A stretch of DNA of 64,000 nt from Leptolyngbya sp. BL-A-14 (GTDB lineage: Bacteria; Cyanobacteriota; Cyanobacteriia; Leptolyngbyales; Leptolyngbyaceae): NCBI GenBank assembly GCA_041937185.1, contig CP166621.1, positions 2,196,571 to 2,260,570 of the forward strand, read 5' to 3'. Each line of letters opens with the position of its first letter. The stretch's first letter is position 1. A program made the translations under genes and the position numbers. Positions 31,597 through 40,931 of the stretch are shown here, one piece after another. Under the pieces are notes generated by a model. It ran no database searches, had not been told where the DNA came from, and was given only the letters and a program-made list of their open reading frames with translations.

Positions 31597-32943
31597 GTGA
31601 AGCTACCCATCGAAGGGCACTGCATGACTTCAACCCTCATCAAATCCACGGCTCATAAACTAAATGCGCCAACACTGCATCGGCTCCCTAACGGCTTGAC
31701 GATCGTCGCCGAGCAGATGCCCGTCGAAGCAGTCAATCTAGATATCTGGCTTAATGTCGGTTCTGCGGTTGAAGCAGACAACATTAACGGGATGGCGCAC
31801 TTCCTAGAGCACATGATCTTCAAAGGCACTGCGCAACTCCAGAGCGGCGAATTTGAGCGCCGGATTGAGCAACGAGGAGCGGTAACCAACGCGGCCACCA
31901 GTCAGGATTACACTCACTACTACATCACGACAGCACCGAAGGATTTTGCAGCGCTAGCCCCCTTACAACTGGATGTTTTGCTCAATGCGAGCATTCCTGA
32001 TGATGGGTTTGAACGCGAACGTCAGGTGGTTTTAGAAGAAATTCGGCGATCGCAGGATAACCCTCGTCGTCGCACCTTTCAGCATGCCACTGAGTTAACG
32101 TTTGATCGACTTCCCTATCGCCGTCAGGTGTTAGGTCCCACCAACGTTATCGAGCAGCTCACGGCTCAACAAATGCGGGATTTTCACCAGCATTGGTATC
32201 AGCCAACTGCGATGACAGCCGTTGCCGTTGGTAATTTACCTGTTGATGAATTGATCCGCATTGTTGAAGAGGGGTTTGAGCAAACTGTTAGCCGTCAGTG
32301 GCCAAGGGGCACTCAATTGCCCGCACCCCACAACCCACAACCCACACCTACACCCCACACCCCACACCCTGAGTCCCCCTTTCAGCACATTGTGCGCCGT
32401 GAATTGGTTGATGCAAGCCTTCAGCAAGCACGACTGGTGATGATCTGGCGCGTGCCAGGGTTGAATGATTTGCAGCAGACTTATGTCCTGGATGTCCTGG
32501 CTTCTGTATTAAGTCACGGTCGCGCGACTCGTCTGGTGCAAGATTTGCGAGAACAACGGGGACTCGTATCGAGCATTGCTGCCAGTAACATCACCTACCG
32601 TCATCAGGGTGCCTTTTACATTTCAGCGCAGTTGCCTGTAGAAAATCTTGATCGAGTAGAGGCGGCGATCGTCCAGCACCTTCGCACACTACAAACAGAG
32701 TTGATTAGCGACGCAGAAATCGCCCGCATTCGGACTCGTGTGGCCAACCATTTCGTCTTTGGCAGCGAAACGCCCAGCGATCGAGCGGGTCTCTACGGCT
32801 ACTACCAAACTCTGGTGGGTGACGTCTCAGCAGCGCTTGACTATCCGAAGCTGATCCAGGCACTGGATGCCGAAGCGGTCAGGACAGCCGTGCAGACCTA
32901 TCTTTCACCCGAAGCCTATGCGGTGGTTACGATTAAGCCGTGA
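31597..32943 (+). CDS. M16 family zinc metallopeptidase (pitrilysin-like processing protease)
   Basis: Inverted zinc-binding motif HFLEHMIFKGT (HxxEH); 448 aa; internal P/H/T-rich segment encoded by CCCCACA/CACAACC repeats. Confidence 0.85.
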   Translation: MKLPIEGHCMTSTLIKSTAHKLNAPTLHRLPNGLTIVAEQMPVEAVNLDIWLNVGSAVEADNINGMAHFLEHMIFKGTAQLQSGEFERRIEQRGAVTNAATSQDYTHYYITTAPKDFAALAPLQLDVLLNASIPDDGFERERQVVLEEIRRSQDNPRRRTFQHATELTFDRLPYRRQVLGPTNVIEQLTAQQMRDFHQHWYQPTAMTAVAVGNLPVDELIRIVEEGFEQTVSRQWPRGTQLPAPHNPQPTPTPHTPHPESPFQHIVRRELVDASLQQARLVMIWRVPGLNDLQQTYVLDVLASVLSHGRATRLVQDLREQRGLVSSIAASNITYRHQGAFYISAQLPVENLDRVEAAIVQHLRTLQTELISDAEIARIRTRVANHFVFGSETPSDRAGLYGYYQTLVGDVSAALDYPKLIQALDAEAVRTAVQTYLSPEAYAVVTIKP

Positions 32944-32944
32944 A

Positions 32945-33025
32945 GGAAGTTTTTAGTGGTTAGTTTTTCGTTGTTAGATCAAGATAGCAATCTAACAACG
33001 AAAACCCAACAACCAATGACTTTCC
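32945..33025. repeat. STRR-like repeats with embedded 12-bp-stem hairpin (32968..33001)
   Basis: GTTTTTAG, GTTAGT, AACAACG runs; perfect inverted repeat TCGTTGTTAGAT ... ATCTAACAACGA. Confidence 0.7.
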
Positions 33026-33889
33026 ATGTGGAACCAAATTGCTGCACACATTAGTCAGGCCACAGGAACGCCCTTTCAAGGAAGCGATCGCCGCTCGGTG
33101 GGGGGCGGTTGTATCAATCAAGGCTATCGGCTAGCTGATGACAACATCGCCTATTTTGTCAAACTTAATCAAGCGTCAGAGCTTGGGATGTTTGAGGCCG
33201 AAGCGGTAGGGCTACAGCAAATGCAACAGACCGGCACCATTCGGGTGCCAACGCCTATCTGCTACGGCGCTGAAGGCGGCAGTGCTTACATTGTGCTGGA
33301 ATGGCTGACCTTGGGACGAGGTAATGAGCGATCGTGGCAGCTTATGGGCCAAAAGCTTGCAGCCCTGCATCAGGCGAATGTAGCCGACAAATTTGGGTGG
33401 GAGCGCAACAATACGATCGGCTCCACTACCCAAATCAACACCTGGACGGCTGATTGGATCACTTTTTGGGTAGAGCATCGGCTCAGCTACCAGCTCAAGC
33501 TTGCCGAGCGTCGGGGTGGTCACTTTCCCCTACAAAACCAACTGCTAGAAGCAGTGCCCCACCTGTTAGTAGGACACACACCGCAACCATCATTGGTGCA
33601 TGGTGATTTGTGGTCAGGCAATGCGGCTGTCACAGAGGCAGGTGAACCGGTTATTTTTGATCCAGCCACGTATGTGGGCGATCGAGAAGTTGATCTGGCG
33701 ATGACCGAACTCTTTGGTGGTTTTCCAGCCAGTTTCTATCAGGGATATAGCCAGGTCTTACCGATCGAGGAGGGCTATCAACAGCGCAAAACGCTCTACA
33801 ACCTCTATCACATTCTCAATCACTTCAATCTTTTTGGTGGCAGCTATGAAGCACAAGCCAATCGGATGATGAACCAACTGCTGAAGTAA
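33026..33889 (+). CDS. fructosamine kinase family protein (protein-ribulosamine 3-kinase-like)
   Basis: 287 aa; FN3K-family segments (YFVKLN, LVHGDLWSGN, FDPATYVGDREVDLAMTELFGGF). Confidence 0.85.
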   Translation: MWNQIAAHISQATGTPFQGSDRRSVGGGCINQGYRLADDNIAYFVKLNQASELGMFEAEAVGLQQMQQTGTIRVPTPICYGAEGGSAYIVLEWLTLGRGNERSWQLMGQKLAALHQANVADKFGWERNNTIGSTTQINTWTADWITFWVEHRLSYQLKLAERRGGHFPLQNQLLEAVPHLLVGHTPQPSLVHGDLWSGNAAVTEAGEPVIFDPATYVGDREVDLAMTELFGGFPASFYQGYSQVLPIEEGYQQRKTLYNLYHILNHFNLFGGSYEAQANRMMNQLLK

Positions 33890-35662
33890 GGTTCTTTTCT
33901 GAATTTGGTGATCAAGGTTTGGAGTGATATTTGGCTCGGCAGGAACCGTTTCAACTGGCTAAAAGCACCCTTTTTTGCAAAAGGTCAAAACCAGCCCGAC
34001 CGTACATTTGCCGCTTGAGCATCTTCAGCCGATTGATTTGCCCTTCCACTTGTCCATTGCTCACTGCTAACGTCACGCCTGCTTTGACCGCCTCATAATC
34101 CTCCTGCAAACTCTTGGCAAAGTTTTGAAACTGTTTGATCTTGCTGCAACTGGCTTGCTCCAGCCAGGGGTCAAGCTGCTGGGGCGACCGTTGTCGAACC
34201 AACGCCGCAAATTGCTGAGCGAGAGTAATCGCTGTTGCTAACGCAGGATGCTGCTGTAACTCGATAAGCAACGGTTCATCCTCAATGGCTTGCTGCTGGG
34301 ATGGTTTGAGTACCAGCCAGGCAGCGCGACGGGCACTCAAAGGGGGTTGCTTTGCTTCGCTGCCGGCAAGAGCTGGTCCTCGCCCCTCTGAGGTGCTTAA
34401 CTGTTGCCGTTGCGCTTGACGCAGTTGATGGGTATATTTGGCAACGGTTTGATAGGTCCCCTGATAGCCCTGCTGCTGAATGTCCTCAAACAATTGCTTC
34501 GTCTGACGTTGCCCAGTGTGCCATTGCTCGTATAAGTAGGATTTGTAGGGAGTCAGGATGCTAGGACGGGAACGCCGCCGTGGCGATGGCTGCCATTCGG
34601 GAAAACTGGGAGCCGCCAAGTAGGTAAAAACAGTCCGTTCACCCATGCCTAAATGATGTGCAATATCGAGTACCTGGTAGCCCTGCTGGCGCAGTTTGTG
34701 CACCTGCTCGTAGTTCGCCAATCGTCTTGCCCGCCGTTGCTGCGCTCGTTGTTGCTGCGCCGTTGGCGGTTTGGGTGGAACTACCAGCGGTTTGCCTAAG
34801 GCTCGATGATAAGCGAGGTCTACGACTTTGAGCGCATCACTTTGCGTGGCTAGAAAACGCTCTAGGACTTCCGCCAGATTTTGCAGCAGATGGAAGCGGT
34901 CAGCGACCTGAATCGCTGCCGGTGCGCCTTGCGTCATGCCTTGCTTGTACGCCTTGGAGCGATCTCGCGACAGCACTTGCACACCAGGATGCTGTTGGAG
35001 CCAGGCGGCTAAAGTGTTCGCTTCTCGATCTTTGAGCAACGCGATCGGGTGGTGCTGATCGAGGTCAACCAGGATCGTGCCGTAGCGTTGCCCCTTGCGA
35101 AAGGCGAAATCATCGACGCCTAAAGTTTTAGGGGTCGTCATTGTGGGTAAGGTTTGTCGTGCCACGAGTTGCAACAACGGATTGAGGCTAACCCTGTGCC
35201 CCAACCGTCGGCTCAAGCGGGTGCCGGCCGCGCCGCCTAAGGCGAGTCCAATGGCGGTCAAACAGGCTGCCAAACGGCAGGTGCGTCTTGCCCACGGCAG
35301 GGTGACTTGGGGTAAGCGCTCGGTGAAGATGCGCCGTTGGCAGCCAGCCTTGAGGCAGAAAAACTTCCGCACTTGCAGGCGCAGGGTAACGGTGTAATCG
35401 ATACAGGGCAGATCTTGTAGGGTTCGCTCATAGCGACTGTGAATGCGATGGGTTGCTGACTGGCACAGCGGACAGTGGGCAGCAGATTGGCTGCTTGAAA
35501 CCGTAAGAGTTAGTTGTTTATCGTTCGTAGCGAAGGACCAGTTTTCGAGTCGAAGTAATGCCTGATTCGGCAACAGATGGTGCAGGAAATCCACTACTGC
35601 TTAAGCGTGAAATAGGTACACCTTGATCCTGCCGTAAGATCACCAAATTCAGAAAAGAACCT
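33890..35662 (-). mobile_element. ISL3-family insertion sequence, apparently intact
   Basis: 24-bp perfect terminal inverted repeats GGTTCTTTTCTGAATTTGGTGATC (33890..33913 and reverse-complement 35639..35662); 8-bp direct repeat TGAAGTAA at 33882..33889 and 35663..35670; a single transposase ORF. Confidence 0.85.
33951..35594 (-). CDS. ISL3 family transposase
   Basis: N-terminal zinc-finger (CPLCQ ... HSRYER), DDE region, and ISL3-typical C-terminus NGQVEGQINRLKMLKRQMYGRAGFDLLQKRVLLAS. Confidence 0.9.
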   Translation of the reverse strand: MDFLHHLLPNQALLRLENWSFATNDKQLTLTVSSSQSAAHCPLCQSATHRIHSRYERTLQDLPCIDYTVTLRLQVRKFFCLKAGCQRRIFTERLPQVTLPWARRTCRLAACLTAIGLALGGAAGTRLSRRLGHRVSLNPLLQLVARQTLPTMTTPKTLGVDDFAFRKGQRYGTILVDLDQHHPIALLKDREANTLAAWLQQHPGVQVLSRDRSKAYKQGMTQGAPAAIQVADRFHLLQNLAEVLERFLATQSDALKVVDLAYHRALGKPLVVPPKPPTAQQQRAQQRRARRLANYEQVHKLRQQGYQVLDIAHHLGMGERTVFTYLAAPSFPEWQPSPRRRSRPSILTPYKSYLYEQWHTGQRQTKQLFEDIQQQGYQGTYQTVAKYTHQLRQAQRQQLSTSEGRGPALAGSEAKQPPLSARRAAWLVLKPSQQQAIEDEPLLIELQQHPALATAITLAQQFAALVRQRSPQQLDPWLEQASCSKIKQFQNFAKSLQEDYEAVKAGVTLAVSNGQVEGQINRLKMLKRQMYGRAGFDLLQKRVLLAS

Positions 35663-35864
35663 GAAGTAAGCCATTACTAGTTAACTGACAAATTTGTTGA
35701 CTGGCAAATTTAGCGTCGGTTGAGGTTATAGCGATAGCAAAAACCCAACACCAGGGGCTCTTTTATTGCATTACCCTGCGGGAAGCAAGCGACGTACAGC
35801 TCAGCCCAACCAACGGCAGGACAGGGGTTTCATGAGTTTTGTCAGTTAATCAGTCTTGGACAGT

Positions 35865-36386
35865 TTAAAGCATCAGCACTTGACAAGGCAGTTCTGACAT
35901 ACGTTCGGCTTCTTGAGACCAGGCTTCCGTAGAAAGCAGAACGCTAGATGTGTTCAATCGCACTGGATAGGGCGGTTCTTGTAACGAAAACGAGGAACCA
36001 TTTTTTTTCGTTTTTGCTTTGACTAAACTCACAATCCAGGGCAAAAAGGCTAACAGTTCTTCGGGTAAAACAGTCAACTCAAAATGCCAGCCTTGATTCA
36101 TGCCCTGATGCGGCTGATCACGCTTAAAGAAGGTGATGCCGCCAGCCCCTTTGTTAATTGCAACTCGGAGAATAAAAGGACGCTCTGCTAATAGATTGTC
36201 GGGTGCCGTGTGCGCGTAGATGCTGACATAATTGAGGTGCTCCTGCTCATCCACCCAAGACGCGATCGAGGAGCTTCTGTTGTATGAGCTACCGCTAATT
36301 TTTACAGGAACATTCATTGCGGTGGCGAACAACGTATAAAAGTCGCGTCGCAAATTTGAAACCATTTGTACTGCTTCAGGAGTCAT
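35865..36386 (-). CDS. hypothetical protein
   Basis: 173-aa ORF; no recognisable motif. Confidence 0.4.
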   Translation of the reverse strand: MTPEAVQMVSNLRRDFYTLFATAMNVPVKISGSSYNRSSSIASWVDEQEHLNYVSIYAHTAPDNLLAERPFILRVAINKGAGGITFFKRDQPHQGMNQGWHFELTVLPEELLAFLPWIVSLVKAKTKKNGSSFSLQEPPYPVRLNTSSVLLSTEAWSQEAERMSELPCQVLML

Positions 36387-36639
36387 ACATTACCTACGCC
36401 GCTTAAAAATTAAGATGATCGAATTGACGTTCGATCGACCTGGCTCACTAGGGAACTTTGCATGCTGGGGGTAGACGCGATCGAGATGCCCTTTACAAAT
36501 CCTATTGCTCCCAGAAATAGCCGCTTAAGGAGTTAACCGCCGTGATGCTTAAATACAAAATTCATAACTTTTGAGCAACACAACTTTAGCCCACTTGAGG
36601 CTGACTGCATGAAAGATTAAATCAATACAATCAAACTTG

Positions 36640-36686
36640 TTAAAAATAGTAGCCTGCTCCGTTTCAAGCATGAAAACTGGAGCAGG
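36640..36686 (-). terminator. intrinsic terminator downstream of rpsU
   Basis: Stem of about 10 bp (AGCCTGCTCC ... GGAGCAGGTT) followed on the minus strand by a U-rich tract (CUACUAUUUUUAAC). Confidence 0.6.
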
Positions 36687-36713
36687 TTTCTAACACAAAT
36701 AAGTACAGTGAGA

Positions 36714-36902
36714 TTAGTAACGAGAGCGCTGTCTACGTTGCTTGTGTTTAGCAATTGCCTTGCGCTTTTCCTTTTCCAGCGGCGTTTCAAAGTGCCGCTT
36801 TTTCCGCATATCTTGAAAGATTCCTGCCTTAGAAACCTGGCGTTTAAATCGTCGTAGAGCGGATTCAATGCCTTCGTTCTCGCCAACTACTATCTGGGTC
36901 AT
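36714..36902 (-). CDS. rpsU: 30S ribosomal protein S21
   Basis: 62 aa [48 protein letters not shown] matches S21. Confidence 0.9.
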   Translation of the reverse strand: MTQIVVGENEGIESALRRFKRQVSKAGIFQDMRKKRHFETPLEKEKRKAIAKHKQRRQRSRY

Positions 36903-37141
36903 GCTTTATCCTCCAATGGAACAGGTCGCTACAAGCTACTGGACGTTAGACCACGGACTGGAGGGAAAAGCTAAACAGGCATGTGCTTTTAACCTGTGGC
37001 GCGATTATCGTTTAGTCCATACTCATACATTCGTGAGTCTAAAGTCCAACGCTGAAGCGTAAACAAAAAGCCTCTGGCAGAGTGGAGCAGTTGCTTTTCA
37101 TCTGCCAGAGACTCTGAAAATTAAGCTTTAAGCATAACGCC

Positions 37142-37456
37142 TTAGTAGCGACGACCGCCGCCACCACCACTGCCACGGTTGTTTCCACCCCAACCGCCAG
37201 AAGAACCGCGTTCTTCACGGGGTTTTGCTTTGTTCACTTTTAAGTCACGTCCCATCCACTCAGCGCCGTCAAGGGCTTCAATGGCAGCCGCTTCTTCTTC
37301 TTCGGTGCCCATTTCTACAAAGGCAAACCCGCGCATGCGACCAGTTTCGCGATCGGTGGGTAGTTGAACTCGATTAACAGTACCGTACTCCTCAAAAGCT
37401 TGCTTCAGATCTTCCTGAGTAACCTGGTACGAAAGGTTACCGACGTAAATTGACAT
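37142..37456 (-). CDS. rbp: RRM-type RNA-binding protein with glycine-rich C-terminus
   Basis: RNP2 (IYVGNL) and RNP1 (RGFAFVEM) motifs; [18 protein letters not shown] tail; located just upstream of rpsU as in the known cyanobacterial rbp-rpsU arrangement. Confidence 0.88.
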   Translation of the reverse strand: MSIYVGNLSYQVTQEDLKQAFEEYGTVNRVQLPTDRETGRMRGFAFVEMGTEEEEAAAIEALDGAEWMGRDLKVNKAKPREERGSSGGWGGNNRGSGGGGGRRY

Positions 37457-37601
37457 GGAGTGTCTCCAAATTTCAGAGTGTGTGAGAGTTAAATTCGGAG
37501 AGACGCTTGTCACGGAACAAAAACGAATTACACAGCCGAAGATAATCCTGTAGGCAAACTATAGCACAGGGCTAAAAAACCGTTTTGCCAGCCCTTGTAG
37601 T

Positions 37602-38558
37602 CTATCGCAGAAACGGCAAAACCAGTTCTGCAACTTCAGTCGCGTATTCTTCGTGTAAGCCTAGCGACCCTGAAAGCCGTTCACTTTGCAGTTTAGGCTG
37701 TGCGGCCAGGGCGTCCATCTCAGCTTTAGAGGCAGCCGGTGAACGATCGCCAATCACAACCATCATCGGCATGTTTAAGCGTTGCAGCGGTTTAAGAAAA
37801 TCTTCACGTGTCGCAGCGGGGTCTAACGCACCAGTGACAAAGGCAGCAGGCGCAAACCTGGCACCTGGTTGCTGAGTAATGTGATATTTCTGATCAATAA
37901 AGTCTGGTGTCAGCATGTCTGGGTTGGTATAGACGTGCTGACGGTACATAAAACGTAGGAAAGACGGCAACGTATTGAGCTTGTAAAGCGTTTGACCCAG
38001 AATCGGCGTTCCAACGGTTTGCCTGATGGCGGCAAACCAGGGTTGCTGCTTACCCATCATGGTGGGCAATGGGCCGCGCCAGGTCGGAGCAACCAGCACT
38101 ATTTTCGACCAGAGGGTGTCGATCGCCCCCGCTTGCAAAACATAACCAGCTGCGTGCCCAGCCGCGATCACTGCAAGGGGACGATCGCATACATCGCTGA
38201 CAAATGCCTGCAAAAGCTGGTGGTAAACGTCTGGCTGGTAGGCGATCGCAGGACGTGCCGAATCGCCAAAGCCTAACCAATCCAACGCGATCACTTGAAA
38301 TTCAGATGCTAAGCGATCGGCTAAGCCACTCATCTCGCCTCTAGTAGAAACGGTGCTAAAGGCAGGCAGCAGCAAAACTTGATGTCCCTGTCCTCGCGTT
38401 TCGTACGCGATCGCAAATTCTTGCCCTTCATAACGCCATTGATACGTGTGAACAACACCACCAATCTGGGCCGAAATGGTCGGTGAGCGGTCAAGCGTGG
38501 AAGTCATATTAACGTTCCCACTGAGGGCTGTGAGTAACCTGACTATAGCATCAGCCAA
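37602..38558 (-). CDS. alpha/beta-fold hydrolase
   Basis: 318 aa; alpha/beta hydrolase topology with an HGxP-like oxyanion region (ALDWLGFGDS) and an AAGHAAG nucleophile-elbow-like segment. Confidence 0.65.
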   Translation of the reverse strand: MADAIVRLLTALSGNVNMTSTLDRSPTISAQIGGVVHTYQWRYEGQEFAIAYETRGQGHQVLLLPAFSTVSTRGEMSGLADRLASEFQVIALDWLGFGDSARPAIAYQPDVYHQLLQAFVSDVCDRPLAVIAAGHAAGYVLQAGAIDTLWSKIVLVAPTWRGPLPTMMGKQQPWFAAIRQTVGTPILGQTLYKLNTLPSFLRFMYRQHVYTNPDMLTPDFIDQKYHITQQPGARFAPAAFVTGALDPAATREDFLKPLQRLNMPMMVVIGDRSPAASKAEMDALAAQPKLQSERLSGSLGLHEEYATEVAELVLPFLR

Positions 38559-38591
38559 CGTTGCTAACCCGCTCCAGCTAGTTTGTTGTGC

Positions 38592-38960
38592 CTACTCACC
38601 GATCAACTCCATCAACTCAAGGCGATTGCCAAATGGATCGGTCACATATACTTGACGGTAACGTGCAGCCCCTTCACCCACTACAACGCGATACCCCGAT
38701 CGTTGACATCGACTGACAAGCTCATCCAAATCTTCAACCAAGAGGGCAGGATGGGCTTTTTGAGCGGGGCGAAAGCTGTGGTCAACACCCAGGTGAAGCT
38801 TCAAATCATCCTGCTCGAACCAGACACCTCCAGATCTGACTAAATGCTCAGGTTTTGGCGTTTCACGAAGTCCAAGAATCTTGCCATAAAATACCCTTGC
38901 GATCTCTTCGCTATGCGGAGGAATGGCAAGCTGAACGTGATCGATGGCATAAATTTTCAT
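38592..38960 (-). CDS. VOC (glyoxalase/bleomycin-resistance/dioxygenase) family protein
   Basis: IDHVQLAIPPHSEEIARVFYGKILGL N-terminal beta-alpha-beta-beta-beta module; about 122 aa from ATG 38960. Confidence 0.75.
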   Translation of the reverse strand: MKIYAIDHVQLAIPPHSEEIARVFYGKILGLRETPKPEHLVRSGGVWFEQDDLKLHLGVDHSFRPAQKAHPALLVEDLDELVSRCQRSGYRVVVGEGAARYRQVYVTDPFGNRLELMELIGE

Positions 38961-38987
38961 CAATTGTGCTCCCACTGACTTCTACCA

Positions 38988-39347
38988 CTAACTTCCCCGA
39001 TAGGTACTGTATGACCAGGGTGAAGCCAGCAGCGGGACATGATAGTGAGCATTGGGATCAGCAATGCCAAATTTAATCGGAATTTCATTCAGAAAGGGCG
39101 GGTTGGGCAAGCCCGAAAGGTGTTGGGCGAAGTAGGCTCCAGCACTGAAGACCAGTTCATACACGCCCGCTTGCAGCGCACCATCCGCTAATAACGGACT
39201 GTCTGTGCGCCCATCGGCATTGGTTGTCACCGTTTTCAGGAGTGTTTTTTCACCAGAGGGCGCGATCGACCAGAGTGCGATCGCTAAACCAGCGGCTGGG
39301 CAACCTTGAGCGGTATCGAGAACGTGTGTTGTGAGTTTGCCAGACAT
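38988..39347 (-). CDS. uraH: 5-hydroxyisourate hydrolase (transthyretin-like)
   Basis: 119 aa; N-terminal LTTHVLDTAQGCPAAG and the diagnostic C-terminal YRGS tetrapeptide. Confidence 0.8.
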   Translation of the reverse strand: MSGKLTTHVLDTAQGCPAAGLAIALWSIAPSGEKTLLKTVTTNADGRTDSPLLADGALQAGVYELVFSAGAYFAQHLSGLPNPPFLNEIPIKFGIADPNAHYHVPLLASPWSYSTYRGS

Positions 39348-39425
39348 GGAGGGTAGGGATGGTGAGGGAGCAGAGGGAGCGGAGGGAGCAGAGGAGGGAG
39401 GGGGGCTTAGTTTTGAGTTGGGTTC
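39348..39425. repeat. STRR-like heptamer repeat cluster
   Basis: GGGAGCA/GAGGGAG runs and GTTTTGAGTT in the divergent uraH-guaD spacer. Confidence 0.7.
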
Positions 39426-39558
39426 GGTTACTGAGCTCTGACTGCTGAATTGTCTGTATCAGCTACTTTTGTCACTTTAGATACGCAGTTGCTCGAAAGG
39501 TATGATTTTATGAGACAAATCGCAGTTGATCCCTTTCTTATTCTCCTGAGCTAGTAAC

Positions 39559-40896
39559 GTGTCTTTAAAAGCGTTTCGTGGTGCGTTTCTCGATTTTGTT
39601 GATGATCCATTCTATGTCTCAGAAGCGGACAGCGTTCGTTACCTGCCGGACGGTTTACTGGTTGTAGAAGATGGCAAGGTTAAAGCGTTAGGGACTTACG
39701 AAAGTCTCCAGTCGAGTTATGCAGATATCCCCATTACGGCTTACCCCGATCGGTTGATTGTGCCGGGGTTTATCGATACGCACATTCACTTTCCGCAAAC
39801 GGAGATGATTGCAGCGTGTGGAGAGCAACTGTTGACATGGTTGGGCAAATACACCTTTCCAACGGAAGGAAAGTTTAAAGATAAAGCGTATGCCCTGGAA
39901 ATTGCGTCCTTCTTTTTGGATGAATTACTGAAGCACGGCACCACAACGGCTTTAGTTTTTGCAGCGGTTTATCCCCAGTCGGTCGATGCGTTTTTTGAAG
40001 AAGCGAGCCGTCGCCATCTGCGTATGATTGCGGGCAAGGTGCTGATGGATCGCCATGCACCAGACTTTTTAACGGATACGCCAGAAAGTGCTTATGAAGA
40101 GAGCAAACAGCTCATTGAGAAATGGCACGGACACGATCGCCTGTTGTATGCCATTACACCTCGTTTTGCGGTTACCTCGAGTGATGAGCAACTGCGGCTA
40201 GCGGGTAAGCTGCTGGCGGAGTATCCAGATGTCTACTTACACACGCATTTGTCAGAGAACGTGGATGAGGTGGCGCTGGTAGCAGAACTATTTCCGGACA
40301 GCAAGAACTATCTAGATGTGTACGATCGTGCTGGACTGGTTGGCAGTAAATCTGTCTTTGCCCACGGTGTACAGTTGACCGAAGCTGAATTTCAACGCCT
40401 GTCAAAGGCGCGATCGGCGATCTCTTTTTGCCCAACGTCCAACCTTTTTCTTGGCAGCGGGCTTTTCAATCTAAAAAAAGCGAAGTCTACAGACTACCCC
40501 ATTAAAGTAGGCTTGGGCACTGATGTTGGCGGTGGTACGAGCTTTTCGATGCTTCAAACCACCAGTGAGGCGTACAAAGTCACTCAATTGCGGGATGAAG
40601 CACTTTCATCTTTTCAGGCAATCTTTCTAGCGACGCTGGGTGGTGCGAAGGCACTTTGCCTGGAGGATACGTTAGGCAACTTCAACCCTGGTAAAGAAGC
40701 CGATTTTGTTGTCCTGGATCCAAGAGCAACGCCACTCATGGCCCGTCGAAACCCAATCGCGAAGGCTGATTCACTAGAAACACTCGCCGATCAAGTGTTT
40801 GCCATGATGATCTTGGGGGACGATCGCGCCATTCACGCTACATACGTTATGGGCGAGCTTGCATATGAGAATGCAGCGTATCAGAATCGGGGTTAG
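39559..40896 (+). CDS. guaD: guanine deaminase
   Basis: Amidohydrolase with PGFIDTHIHFPQT metal-binding motif and N-terminal FRGAFLDFVDDPF typical of guanine deaminases; 445 aa. Confidence 0.85.
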   Translation: MSLKAFRGAFLDFVDDPFYVSEADSVRYLPDGLLVVEDGKVKALGTYESLQSSYADIPITAYPDRLIVPGFIDTHIHFPQTEMIAACGEQLLTWLGKYTFPTEGKFKDKAYALEIASFFLDELLKHGTTTALVFAAVYPQSVDAFFEEASRRHLRMIAGKVLMDRHAPDFLTDTPESAYEESKQLIEKWHGHDRLLYAITPRFAVTSSDEQLRLAGKLLAEYPDVYLHTHLSENVDEVALVAELFPDSKNYLDVYDRAGLVGSKSVFAHGVQLTEAEFQRLSKARSAISFCPTSNLFLGSGLFNLKKAKSTDYPIKVGLGTDVGGGTSFSMLQTTSEAYKVTQLRDEALSSFQAIFLATLGGAKALCLEDTLGNFNPGKEADFVVLDPRATPLMARRNPIAKADSLETLADQVFAMMILGDDRAIHATYVMGELAYENAAYQNRG

Positions 40897-40931
40897 GCGC
40901 AAGTGGGTGCCGCTTAGGAGAGAAAGACAAC

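Noticed and set aside
32968-33001. Hairpin after the M16 peptidase gene as an intrinsic terminator
   Set aside because: It is a perfect 12-bp stem but no U-tract follows it on either strand. I kept it as part of the repeat element rather than as a terminator.
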